NCBI GenBank assembly: GCA_016786925.1
Contig: JAEUTU010000124.1
Coordinates: 800 to 64,799 of the forward strand
DNA: 64,000 bases
Direction: 5' to 3'
From: Bacteroidia bacterium
GTDB taxonomy: Bacteria; Bacteroidota; Bacteroidia; 2-12-FULL-35-15
Positions within the stretch are counted from its first letter, which is position 1. The number at the start of each line of letters is the position of its first letter. The notes under the pieces are model-generated. The model ran no database searches. It was given only the letters and a program-made list of their open reading frames with translations, and was not told the DNA's origin. Shown here one piece after another: positions 10,674-20,731 of this stretch. The position numbers and the translations under genes are program-made.

Positions 10674-11179
10674 TCTTTCACTTTTTTATTCGCCCTGATC
10701 ATTTCGGGATATCCCCAACCTTTTGATAGCGCATCCAAAGCCTGAACAATTCTTTTTGATTTTGTTTCTTCTGTTTTTGCGCTGGCGATCCATTTCGAAA
10801 AATAATTCTGATGCGATCTCGTAAGTTTATCAAAATGTTTTTGCGCTTGTTCATCATCCTCTAAACACATTACTAGATCCGGATCCAACAATATTGGTGA
10901 TGTGTCCTCCTGAAGCTTTAAAGACAGCTTATCGCCTTCTTTTTTCTTTGTTGCTTTTCGCATGGTTTGATTCAGAGGCAGAATAAAGCTGCCATCACCC
11001 ATCGGAATAAGTGCGACCTGGGCTATGGAGTGTTTATCTAAAAAGCCTTTTACCCGAAAGGCCTTTTTATTGGAGGGTTTCAACTTCTGTGCCTGCTCCT
11101 CTGTAATTTCAACAAAGGTCCAACCGGTCTTCTCGCCTTTTTTATCAAAACGCTGTATCAAGGACTGAAATTCGATCAT
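10670..11179 (-). CDS. YdeI/OmpD-associated family protein (DUF1905 + YdeI domains)
   Basis: 169 aa. I recognise a pattern typical of the DUF1905/YdeI pair (TGWTFVEI ... GDGSFILPL). Confidence 0.5.
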   Translation of the reverse strand: MIEFQSLIQRFDKKGEKTGWTFVEITEEQAQKLKPSNKKAFRVKGFLDKHSIAQVALIPMGDGSFILPLNQTMRKATKKKEGDKLSLKLQEDTSPILLDPDLVMCLEDDEQAQKHFDKLTRSHQNYFSKWIASAKTEETKSKRIVQALDALSKGWGYPEMIRANKKVKD

Positions 11180-11180
11180 T

Positions 11181-12665
11181 TTATCTCATTTTTTCGTGGA
11201 TCATCTTTAACTCGATCCATTGTTCAAAATCAAATTGCGGGTTAAGTGATTCTACGCCTATCTTTTTCTCCATCTGTTTCATTGCCGATAAAATTTGTGT
11301 TAAGCGAGTTTTCTTTGTGCCGGATCTTCTCTGCTCCGAAAGGATCTTGATCGCTTCTAACACCAAGGCTTGTTTTTTAAACTCCTTTTCATTGGCCATA
11401 AATCGTTTGGTAGAATTGTACTGATTTTCAAAGAAAAGATCTTCTTTCTCCAACAGTACGATCAAATAAAATAAACGTGTATTGATCTGTAGCTCTTTTC
11501 GCAAGTTGACGTCTTTCTCGTGGTTAAGAATTTTGTTCAACCACCTAATAGAAGCTTTAAAATCTTCGTTGCCCCAGAAAATAACAGACATCACAAAGAA
11601 TAGATCAAACAGCGAAGGGCTAAATTTAATATCCACTTTTTTAAGTTCCGGCTCCAATCGTTTTATTGTCAGGACTCCTTGTTCAAATTGCTCTGTTTTG
11701 TAGTATAGATACAGTTCGCTCTCGAATGTATTTAAGAAAACCTTTAAAGACAGTGCTGGATTTTTAATTTTATAGATCCCCGTAAATGCTTTCTGATGTT
11801 GGATCAAAGGCAAAATTCTATCATAATTCTCCAGAACAAACATCAGGTTAACCATGTTGTTGTTGTTTGTATGATAAATGTGCGGAAGGTCAACAATAAA
11901 CTGTTTTTCACTTTGCATAAGCACATTGATATCCTTATAGCAATTAAAACATTGTAAATATTTTTTCTGAACAGAATAAATGAGCCCCATCGCTGAGTGA
12001 TAATAATATTGTGCCCAAAAGCTATTATATTCTTTTTGCGGGGGATAATAATTGCTGATCTCTTTCAGTTGCTTTTCGATGTAGGCGTTGGTAACCTTTC
12101 CGTTGTAGATCTCAATTTGAATATTAAATGCGATCTGCATCAAAGCAGTTTGAATTCTTATTACTTCTAATATTCGAAGTTCTTCCGCAAAACTTTTGCG
12201 CAAGCCTTTTATGTCCTCGTCTTTAACATATACCAGGGTTTCCCAACGAATGATCAAAAAGAGAATAGAAAATTTTTCTAGTGCGTATGCTTCTTTTTTG
12301 GCCTTTTGGATCACTTTTCTACATTGCTCATAAAGGCCTTTGTTATAAAGCACTTCAATGCTCATTAATATATTGGAATACCTGGTCAGAAAGGTTCTGT
12401 CCTTATGAAAAGCATTGAGGCTTTCAAGAATATGGCTGTAGAGATAATTCTTTTCTGATGGCAAATGCTTCACAAACGTTTCGTGACTGAATACGCTTTT
12501 GATCTTTGCCTCATCATATTCCTTCTGCTTGTCAATTTCATCAAACAAATGAATGTAATTGTTGTTATGCCCGATCACATGCCGGGAAGAATATATTTTA
12601 AAATATCTCTTCTCGGACATGCTCAAATTTTTGATCAATTGATGGAGGTCGTCAGACGGTTTCAT
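11181..12665 (-). CDS. Hypothetical protein (494 aa, helical, no recognisable domain)
   Basis: Long ORF with ordinary coding composition and no family recognised. Confidence 0.5.
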   Translation of the reverse strand: MKPSDDLHQLIKNLSMSEKRYFKIYSSRHVIGHNNNYIHLFDEIDKQKEYDEAKIKSVFSHETFVKHLPSEKNYLYSHILESLNAFHKDRTFLTRYSNILMSIEVLYNKGLYEQCRKVIQKAKKEAYALEKFSILFLIIRWETLVYVKDEDIKGLRKSFAEELRILEVIRIQTALMQIAFNIQIEIYNGKVTNAYIEKQLKEISNYYPPQKEYNSFWAQYYYHSAMGLIYSVQKKYLQCFNCYKDINVLMQSEKQFIVDLPHIYHTNNNNMVNLMFVLENYDRILPLIQHQKAFTGIYKIKNPALSLKVFLNTFESELYLYYKTEQFEQGVLTIKRLEPELKKVDIKFSPSLFDLFFVMSVIFWGNEDFKASIRWLNKILNHEKDVNLRKELQINTRLFYLIVLLEKEDLFFENQYNSTKRFMANEKEFKKQALVLEAIKILSEQRRSGTKKTRLTQILSAMKQMEKKIGVESLNPQFDFEQWIELKMIHEKMR

Positions 12666-12841
12666 GCAACTAAAATATAAGAATAAACTGTTTTTTTGTT
12701 TCTAAAAAGCTTGATAAATATAGTTTTTATTTTAATAAAATCCAAATCAGACTTCCAATAATAAACGGTTTTTTGTCTGGTATAACATTTTTTGTGCGTT
12801 ATTTTTGATTTGGAAAAACACTTACACTCAACATAAAAACA

Positions 12842-15800
12842 ATGGGACTACGACCAAATTTTTTATTCAAACTACTTTTTCTTCTTGCCTTTTCTACTAG
12901 TGCAATTGCCCAAAACAGTGCATTAGCAAAGTGGACAGCCAAGTACGATAAAACCAAAGCGTTCATTGAAAATAAGGGGCAGTTTCAGGTAAACGGTCTG
13001 GAAAACTACAACACTCCAGTTTTGTATGCAATGGATCATGGTGCTACAAAGATCTATTTCACCCAAAAAGGTTTAGTGTATAGCTTCTTAAAAGTTTGGC
13101 AAAAAGAAAATGATAAAGAAGAAAGAGAGCTACGCAAACAAAAGGGATTTGCTAGCGCTGAAGAGTTTAAAGCTTTTGAAGACGAGGGAAGAAAAGTAGA
13201 GCATGAAACAGATGTTATACCCATGTTTTTTGACGGAGCCAATGCTGGTGCACAAATTGTTGCAGAACAAGAAACAAAGGAATACCACTCCTACTCTTAC
13301 AAGGAAAACGGAAAAAGCAAAGATGTTTCCAATGTAAAAGCATTCAAAAAGATCACTTACAAGAACATTTATCCGAACATTGACATTGAATATACTTTCC
13401 ACCCTGAGTCGGGTATCAAATATGCTATTATCCTTCATCCGGGTGCTGACGCATCCATGATCAAGATGAAGTATGACAAAAGTATTTCTATCAACAAAAA
13501 CAACTTGCTTGTTCCAACTAAATTTGGTGACATCATTGACCATGCACCTCTAACTTTTTATGCCGACAATCACAATCAAGTTGTGAAATCATCTTTTATC
13601 ATTAAAGGAAAAACAGCAAGTTTTAAACTTGGAAAATACGATCATACAAAAACATTAATCATTGACCCTTGGACACAAACCCCTGCCTTTGCTACTGCTT
13701 GGGACTGTGTTTGGGAGTGCGAAAAAGACGGGGCGGGCAACGTGTATATCATTGGTGGTGTTACACCAATGCAACTGATTAAATATAATTCAACAGGTGT
13801 ATTACAATGGACCTACAACACCCCTTATGACACATCTGCTTGGCTCGGAACGTTCGCAACAGATAACCTGGGGAACTCATATGTTACTCAAGGCTCGGTT
13901 GCCGCAATTGTTAAAGTAAACAATGCCGGAGGTGTTGTTTGGAATAATGGTAGTCCCGGTGGAATTTTCACCTCCACAGAATTCTGGAATATTTCATTCA
14001 ACTGTGACCAATCTAAATTGGTTATTGGAGGAACTGGCGGCTTCCTCCCTCCTCTACCCTATATTTACGATGTTGATGTAAACAGTGGAAACATCACCGC
14101 AAGTGTTCAGGTAACTGGCGGACAGCTTTTCCCAACTCAGGAGGTTCGGTCGATCACAGCCTGCGGTAACGGAAAGTTTGCCTATCTGACACATGACTCG
14201 ATCGGCTATATTTCTCAGAATTTTACATTGTGTCCTAATGGACAAACAGCAGCATTTCATACGACTAACTCCTATGGCCTTAGCTATAAATGTGAAAATT
14301 GGAGAAAGGACAACTCCGGGATCATGGCTATCAGATATTACAATGGCTTTTTATACACTCACAAGGGTAACCAATTGCACAAACGCGATTTCGCTACCGG
14401 AGCAATTATAGCTACAGCAACAATTACCGGTGGTGGATTTGGAACAGGACAAGTGCAAAATAGCGGATTAGACATTGATGCATCCGGTAATGTGTATGCC
14501 GGATCGGGTAATGCAGTTATTAAATTCGACTCTAATCTAAACCAGCTAACATCCGTTGCTACAACCTATAAAGTATATGATGTGCATGTTTTAAGTGGAG
14601 GCGATGTTGTGATCTGTGGAACAACGGGAACATCAGGAACAACAGGCGCAAGAACAGGAACGGTACAAGTTGTAAATATGACCGCAGCTGCACCACTTTC
14701 ATTAACTTGTTGTGATGCTACCATTTGTAACCCAGGTGTTTTATGTTCGAGCGCTGCACCGGTTACATTAACCGTTGCAACTCCCGGTGGAACGTTCAGT
14801 GGTCCTGGCGTTAACCCATCAACCGGTGTATTTAACCCTGCAACAGCTGGCGTTGGAACCCATACGATCACTTACACACTTGCGTGTGGAAACGAAAGTA
14901 TTTCAATTGTTGTTTCTCCCTGTGCTACCCTAAATGTTTGTCAAGAAACAAATGGGACATTAACTGTTTCAAATGGTGTTGCACCTTACACTTGGCAGTA
15001 TTTTACTCCTGCATCAAGTTCTCCAATAACAAATTCTGCAACGTGTACTGCTTGCGGTGGAAGTTGGACACCAATAGTGAACATCTGTTTAGTGGGTGGT
15101 TTGCCTGCTACAACTTGCAACACTCCGGCATCGTGGACAACTTTCTCTACAAACACAAACTCAGGAACCCTGCCTCCGTCATTCCCTTCACAACCAATTC
15201 AAGTGACCGACAACGCAGGAACAGTAACAACAATAACAACCCTAACGGGTATTCAACCTTGTAACGCAACAGTTTGTCCTACGATCACCGTTACCGGAAC
15301 ACCAACAAACATTCAATGTGTTGGCCAAACCGGTTCAGCAACGGTTAGCGCCAGCGGCAGCACCACTTCTTACACCTACAATTGGATGCCGGGAAGTTTA
15401 ACCGGGGCTTCACAAACGGGATTGGCAGCAGGAACATACACCGTTACTGCTACAGATGGCAATAGCTGTACCGGAACAACAACAATAACCATTACTCAGC
15501 CCGCAAGTGCTGTTTCTGTTTCTATATCAAGTACCACCCCAACAGCGTGTTCAAGCGCAACGGGTGCAGCAACAGCTTCTGGTTCGGGCGGAACAGGCGC
15601 CATCACCTATAACTGGATGCCAGGAAATATTTCTGGAGCAACGATCAGCAATCAGGCAGCAGGAACGTATACGGTTACTGCTACCGATGCAAACGGATGT
15701 ACCGCAACAACAACAGCAACGATCACTCAAGCAGCAAATACTCTTGCCGCTTCTATTTCAGGAACAACACCTGCTACTTGCGGATCAAACAATGGATCAG

Positions 15801-17392
15801 CCACCGCCACCTCAACCGGTGGAGTTGGTACTGTTACTTATTCCTGGATGCCGGGAAGTTTAACAGGAGCAACCATCAGCAATCAAGCAGCAGGAACATA
15901 TACGGTTACGGCCACAGATGGTAATGGTTGTACATCAACAGCCACCGCTACAATTGCTAACAGTGGCGGACCAACAGCAAGCATTGCTTCACAAACAAAT
16001 ATCCTTTGCTTCGGCCAAAACACCGGAGGAGCAACAGCCGCCTCAACAGGGGGAACAGGAACAGTAACCTACACCTGGATGCCGGGAAGCTTGACGGGAG
16101 CAACACAAACAGGGCTGGCTGCAGGAACATATACCGTTACAGCATCTGATGGAGGAAGCTGTCCGGGCACAACAACTGTAACGATCACACAACCAACAAG
16201 TGCGGTTTCTGTTTCCATTACAGCAACCACACCAACAGCCTGCGGAAGTAACAATGGTGCTGCAACAGCAAGCGCTAGTGGTGGCACAGGAACAATCACG
16301 TATAATTGGATGCCGGGAAGTTTATCTGGTGCAAGCATTAGCAACCAGGCTGCAGGAACATATACCGTTACGGCAACTGACGCAAACGGATGCACTGCAA
16401 CAACAACCGCGACAATTGCTAGTAGTGGTGGACCAAGTGTTTCTATTACATCCCAAACAAATATTTTATGTAACGGAGGAAACAACGGAAGCGCAACTGC
16501 AAATGCTACGGGTGGAACGGGAACAATTACCTACTCTTGGAGTGGTGGCGCAGGAAGCAACCCTACGGCAAGTAATTTATCTGCCGGAACCTATACGGTA
16601 ACCGCTACCGATGGAACAGGCTGCTCTAACTCAACCACCGTAACGATCACCCAACCGTCCGCAATTGTTGTTTCTGTAAGCACCACACCTGCAACGTGTG
16701 GCAATAGCGATGGAACAGCAACGGTTAATGCCAGTGGCGGAAATGGGGTATTAAGTCCGGTTTGGAATACAAGCGCTACCAATAGCTCTATTACCGGTCT
16801 TTCTGCAGGAACATATTCTGTTACAATAACCGATGCAAGCGGTTGTACCGCAACAAGTAGTGGAAGTGTTGGAGTAACGGGAAGTTTAAGTGGTGTAAGC
16901 GCAGGAACAGATGTAACTATCCTTTCCGGAACAAACACGGTTTTAAATGGAACTGTGCCAACTGGAGCTACGATCTTATGGACGCCTTCAACAGGATTAA
17001 GTTGTACTACATGTGAGGACCCTACGGCTTCTCCGACACAAACAACAGTGTATGTAATTACTGCAAATCAAAACGGTTGTAGTGGTAGCGACACCGTAAT
17101 CGTTTTTGTGGATGTTGTTTGCGGAGAACTTTTTGTGCCGAATGCATTTTCTCCAAACGAAGATGGGCAGAATGATTTCCTATATGTAATGGGGAATTGC
17201 ATCACCAATTTAGAGTTCTTCGTTTACGACCGCTGGGGCGAAAAAGTGTTTGAAACAAAAGATGCTGCTTATGGCTGGGATGGAACATACAGAGGAAAGA
17301 AAATGGATGCTGCTGTTTTTGTTTATTATTTAACAGCAACAGTTAATGGACAAGAAGTAACAAAACAAGGAAACATTACATTAATTAAATAA
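12842..17392 (+). CDS. SprB-repeat cell-surface adhesin with T9SS type-B (gliding-motility, CHU_C) C-terminal sorting domain
   Basis: 1516 aa with a signal peptide. About 7 tandem 77-aa SprB-type repeats are present (W/N-W-M-P-G-S-L-T-G-A ... AAGTYTVTATD ... C). The C-terminus VPNAFSPNEDGQNDFLYV ... WDRWGEKVFE matches the type-B CTD. A PorP/SprF gene follows immediately. Confidence 0.85.
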   Translation: MGLRPNFLFKLLFLLAFSTSAIAQNSALAKWTAKYDKTKAFIENKGQFQVNGLENYNTPVLYAMDHGATKIYFTQKGLVYSFLKVWQKENDKEERELRKQKGFASAEEFKAFEDEGRKVEHETDVIPMFFDGANAGAQIVAEQETKEYHSYSYKENGKSKDVSNVKAFKKITYKNIYPNIDIEYTFHPESGIKYAIILHPGADASMIKMKYDKSISINKNNLLVPTKFGDIIDHAPLTFYADNHNQVVKSSFIIKGKTASFKLGKYDHTKTLIIDPWTQTPAFATAWDCVWECEKDGAGNVYIIGGVTPMQLIKYNSTGVLQWTYNTPYDTSAWLGTFATDNLGNSYVTQGSVAAIVKVNNAGGVVWNNGSPGGIFTSTEFWNISFNCDQSKLVIGGTGGFLPPLPYIYDVDVNSGNITASVQVTGGQLFPTQEVRSITACGNGKFAYLTHDSIGYISQNFTLCPNGQTAAFHTTNSYGLSYKCENWRKDNSGIMAIRYYNGFLYTHKGNQLHKRDFATGAIIATATITGGGFGTGQVQNSGLDIDASGNVYAGSGNAVIKFDSNLNQLTSVATTYKVYDVHVLSGGDVVICGTTGTSGTTGARTGTVQVVNMTAAAPLSLTCCDATICNPGVLCSSAAPVTLTVATPGGTFSGPGVNPSTGVFNPATAGVGTHTITYTLACGNESISIVVSPCATLNVCQETNGTLTVSNGVAPYTWQYFTPASSSPITNSATCTACGGSWTPIVNICLVGGLPATTCNTPASWTTFSTNTNSGTLPPSFPSQPIQVTDNAGTVTTITTLTGIQPCNATVCPTITVTGTPTNIQCVGQTGSATVSASGSTTSYTYNWMPGSLTGASQTGLAAGTYTVTATDGNSCTGTTTITITQPASAVSVSISSTTPTACSSATGAATASGSGGTGAITYNWMPGNISGATISNQAAGTYTVTATDANGCTATTTATITQAANTLAASISGTTPATCGSNNGSATATSTGGVGTVTYSWMPGSLTGATISNQAAGTYTVTATDGNGCTSTATATIANSGGPTASIASQTNILCFGQNTGGATAASTGGTGTVTYTWMPGSLTGATQTGLAAGTYTVTASDGGSCPGTTTVTITQPTSAVSVSITATTPTACGSNNGAATASASGGTGTITYNWMPGSLSGASISNQAAGTYTVTATDANGCTATTTATIASSGGPSVSITSQTNILCNGGNNGSATANATGGTGTITYSWSGGAGSNPTASNLSAGTYTVTATDGTGCSNSTTVTITQPSAIVVSVSTTPATCGNSDGTATVNASGGNGVLSPVWNTSATNSSITGLSAGTYSVTITDASGCTATSSGSVGVTGSLSGVSAGTDVTILSGTNTVLNGTVPTGATILWTPSTGLSCTTCEDPTASPTQTTVYVITANQNGCSGSDTVIVFVDVVCGELFVPNAFSPNEDGQNDFLYVMGNCITNLEFFVYDRWGEKVFETKDAAYGWDGTYRGKKMDAAVFVYYLTATVNGQEVTKQGNITLIK
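15290..16930 (+). repeat. Tandem array of ~231-bp (77-codon) in-frame repeats inside the SprB-like gene
   Basis: The NWMPGSL-encoding motif recurs at 15378, 15609, 15842, 16074, 16303 and 16535, a period of 229-233 bp. Confidence 0.85.
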
Positions 17393-17525
17393 TCATTTAA
17401 AACTTACACTCAACATGAAAACTACACAAATGATCTGCGTTGTTATTTTTTAATCAACGCTGAAAAGAAAAACTACTACTAAACTTTTTAAGATGTACAA
17501 TTTACACCTTGCAAATTTTTCAACG

Positions 17526-18551
17526 ATGAAACGGCTGACCTTTGCCATTGCGCTTTCTGCGATCTTTTTTTCAGCGGGAGCTCAGGACATTCACTTTTCT
17601 CAATTTGACGAAACGCCCGTGCAGTTAAACCCTGCTAACGTTGGTGTTCATCATGAATTAAGAGGGATTTTGAATTTTAAAAATCAATGGCAAAGTATTG
17701 GTTCTCCCTACAGAACATATGCCTTCTCTTTTGATACAAGATTGTTAAAAGAGAAAAAACACCACTTGGGTATTGGCATTGATTTTTTTAGTGACAAAGC
17801 CGGAGATGCGGCACTCGGTTCTAATCAAGTGAATCTTTCTGTTTCGGGAATTATTAATGTGAACGACAAAAGCATTTTCTCTGGAGGCATCATGGCCGGT
17901 TTCGGACAAAGAAGCATGAATGCATCAAAACTTACCTGGGGCAACCAGTATAACGGCATGACCTATGATGCCAATGCACCGACAGGAGAAAACAATTTAC
18001 CCGGAAGCTTCACCATGTTTGATTTAGGTGCCGGATTACAATACAGCTACGGAACAGACGAAGCATATATTTCTGCAAACAATGCGCGCAAAGTAAACAT
18101 TGGTGTTGCCATTTTTCATCCTCACCGCCCAGCTTACTCTTTTTATGGTGCTCCCGAAAGATTAAATATGAAGGTCGTTTTAAACGGTAACGCGTCTATT
18201 GGTATGCCTAACAGCAACCTCGTATTAAAACCTTCTTACATCGTTTTCATGCAAGGTGCTGCTACGGAAGTTAATCCCGGAATGACCTTTCAATATATTC
18301 TTCAAGAAGGATCAAAATATACGGGATTAAAAAAGTCCTCCGCATTTTCTTTGGGGGCATATTATCGTTTTCAAGATGCCTTTATTGCTATCGCAAAATT
18401 TGAATATTCAAACTATTCTATTGGATTTAGTTATGATGTCAATCTATCTAAATTACGTGTTGCTTCCTCTTCAAGAGGAGGCTTTGAGATCTCATTACGA
18501 TGGGTGTATCCATCCATGTTTGGGAACAAGCACTTTAAATCTCGTATTTAA
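17526..18551 (+). CDS. PorP/SprF family type IX secretion system membrane protein
   Basis: A signal peptide is followed by the QDIHFSQFDETPVQLNPANVG signature of PorP/SprF. The gene lies directly downstream of a type-B CTD cargo. The MKRL start at 17526 is preferred over 17493. Confidence 0.8.
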   Translation: MKRLTFAIALSAIFFSAGAQDIHFSQFDETPVQLNPANVGVHHELRGILNFKNQWQSIGSPYRTYAFSFDTRLLKEKKHHLGIGIDFFSDKAGDAALGSNQVNLSVSGIINVNDKSIFSGGIMAGFGQRSMNASKLTWGNQYNGMTYDANAPTGENNLPGSFTMFDLGAGLQYSYGTDEAYISANNARKVNIGVAIFHPHRPAYSFYGAPERLNMKVVLNGNASIGMPNSNLVLKPSYIVFMQGAATEVNPGMTFQYILQEGSKYTGLKKSSAFSLGAYYRFQDAFIAIAKFEYSNYSIGFSYDVNLSKLRVASSSRGGFEISLRWVYPSMFGNKHFKSRI

Positions 18552-18590
18552 GACTGTTTAGTGCGGTTGGGGGTTTAGTTTAATTGCAAA

Positions 18591-18630
18591 AAGCCCTCCG
18601 AAGGGGTTCGGGGGGCTTTCCCTTTTTTCT
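18591..18630 (+). terminator. Rho-independent terminator after PorP/SprF gene
   Basis: AAGCCCTCC..GGGGGGCTT forms a 9-bp stem and is followed by TTTCCCTTTTTTCT. Confidence 0.7.
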
Positions 18631-18717
18631 GAGATTTATCAGTTTTAAACACTTAGCTTCATTTTGCGTTTGTATTTTATTACATTTGTTTGTAAGTACA
18701 TTCTTTTTTATAACAAA

Positions 18718-20661
18718 ATGAGCATCAAAAAAATATCAATCATAACTGTTGTTATTGCTTTTGCAACAGGTTTTTATTTCCTGAATACAGCAACATCCAA
18801 AACAAGAAAAGACATGTTTCACACCGAAGAAGAAATAGCAGCCTTAAAAGACCGCTTTAAAAGAGCGCCTATTGAGGCTGGTGAATACTTCTTACACTCT
18901 TCTCATTGTTCCGGATGTCATGGATACGACTCTATTCAACAAGCAAATATTCTTGAAGATGGTAGCGATGTTAATTTAGTAGATCGCTGGCAAACGTCCA
19001 TGATGGCGTTGAGCGCAAAAGATCCACTATGGAGAGCAAAGGTAAGTCACGAGATAACTATTAATCCTGGTCATGCCGGTGAATTACAAAACAAATGTAC
19101 ATCCTGTCATGCGCCAATGGGTAGATATACAGCCATGTTCCATGGTCAGCAATACTATGGCATTAGTGATCTTGAAAATGACTCCCTTGGTTTAGACGGT
19201 GTTGCGTGTGGTTCTTGTCATGCCATTTCTCCTTCTGTTGGATCTACGTTTTCCGGTGAAATCCCATACGACACCAACCATGTTGAATATGGTCCATTTG
19301 GAAGTCCATTTACAGGGCCAATGGAGTTGTATGAAGGAATTACTCCTGTATTCAGCAACCATGTTAGTCAAGCCAGAATGTGCTCGTCTTGTCACACGCT
19401 GATCACCCAAACAGCAGACCTTTCAGGAAATCTAACCGGTGGTGAATTTGTTGAACAGGCAACTTATCACGAATATTTAAACTCCAGTTACAACGGGACA
19501 TCAACCAAATGCCAAAGCTGCCACATGCCAAAACTTTCTGAGCCTGTTGTTATTGCCAATGGAATTTTATCATTACAAGGCCGCTTTCCCTTTAACCAAC
19601 ACACTTTTGCCGGTGCCAATTATTTTATGCTGAATCTGATCAAAAACAACAAAACGGCTTTGGGTATTAATGCGGATGATGCAAAATTTGATTCAACACT
19701 TTTAGCAACATCAAACATGTTGAAATTTCAAAGCTTAGATATAAATCTCTTTTTAGACAGTACGATCAATGACACGGCATACTTTAGAGTAAAATTAAAA
19801 AACAAAACGGGTCACAAATTCCCTTCCGGCTACCCTTCAAGAAGAGCTGTTGTGCAATTTGTTGTAACAGGCTCTTCTAATGATACCATTTTTAGATCGG
19901 GGCTATTCAGCAATGATTACCGTGTGATTGGAGAAAGCAATCAGTTTGAGGTTCACCATGATGTCATCAACCAAAACAATGTTCCACAGATCTATGAAAT
20001 GGTAATGGGTGATGTCAACTCTAATGTTACAACCGTATTAGAAAGAGCAGCAAACCAATTAAAAGATAATCGTATTCCTCCCCTTGGCTTCACCACATCA
20101 CATAGCACGTACGATACAGTGAAGATCGTTGGAAGCGCTTACGCTGACCCTGATTTCAATAAGACAAATTCTGTTGAGGGCTCGGGAGAAGACTATGTTC
20201 ACTATCACGTTCCTTTAAATGGATTCAATGGGTCCATCATGGCAAAAACCAAAGTTTATTACCAATCTGTTCCGCCAAAATATTTGGATGAGATGTTTGC
20301 ATTAAACACAACGCCAATCAATACATTCAAAACAATGTTCCAGAATGCCGACCAAACCCCTTTCCTTGTTGGCGCAGATAGTTTAAGCAATCTAATCACA
20401 GGAGTTGCGAACCAAAATTCATCCGGAATAAATGTTTGGCCAACGATCTCAATGGATGGAAAAATCTTTGTTTCTGCGCCTTATGGCGAACTTATCAAAA
20501 ACATTGAAGTGTTTTCATCTTCAGGCGCAAAGGTAAATGCTATATACAACACAGCTTACCAGTCGGAATTCAACTTCTTCCTACCAAATGCAAGGGGGGT
20601 TTATTACATAAAAATTCGAACAGGAAACAAAATAATTACGAAAAAAGTTGTTAAATCATAA
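18718..20661 (+). CDS. Secreted multiheme (5x CxxCH) c-type cytochrome with T9SS type-A C-terminal sorting domain
   Basis: The five haem-binding motifs are HCSGCH, CTSCH, CGSCH, CSSCH and CQSCH. The C-terminal 75 aa (VWPTIS ... GVYYIKIRTGNKIITKKVVKS) match the Por secretion tail. The start at M 18718 follows the N-terminal TM/signal region. Confidence 0.75.
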   Translation: MSIKKISIITVVIAFATGFYFLNTATSKTRKDMFHTEEEIAALKDRFKRAPIEAGEYFLHSSHCSGCHGYDSIQQANILEDGSDVNLVDRWQTSMMALSAKDPLWRAKVSHEITINPGHAGELQNKCTSCHAPMGRYTAMFHGQQYYGISDLENDSLGLDGVACGSCHAISPSVGSTFSGEIPYDTNHVEYGPFGSPFTGPMELYEGITPVFSNHVSQARMCSSCHTLITQTADLSGNLTGGEFVEQATYHEYLNSSYNGTSTKCQSCHMPKLSEPVVIANGILSLQGRFPFNQHTFAGANYFMLNLIKNNKTALGINADDAKFDSTLLATSNMLKFQSLDINLFLDSTINDTAYFRVKLKNKTGHKFPSGYPSRRAVVQFVVTGSSNDTIFRSGLFSNDYRVIGESNQFEVHHDVINQNNVPQIYEMVMGDVNSNVTTVLERAANQLKDNRIPPLGFTTSHSTYDTVKIVGSAYADPDFNKTNSVEGSGEDYVHYHVPLNGFNGSIMAKTKVYYQSVPPKYLDEMFALNTTPINTFKTMFQNADQTPFLVGADSLSNLITGVANQNSSGINVWPTISMDGKIFVSAPYGELIKNIEVFSSSGAKVNAIYNTAYQSEFNFFLPNARGVYYIKIRTGNKIITKKVVKS

Positions 20662-20731
20662 TTTTTTCATTTCCTTTATAACTCTCTAAACAATTGAAAA
20701 CTAATTATTAACCTTTTTATTTATCCCCAAC

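Noticed and set aside
15507-16938. Several 115-138 aa ORFs on both strands inside the SprB-like gene (15507..15863, 16200..16601, 16069..16485, 16591..16938), rich in Q/P/V/L
   Set aside because: They lie wholly within the tandem 231-bp repeat array of a strongly supported 1516-aa CDS. Their low-complexity composition is what repeated DNA gives when read in the wrong frame.
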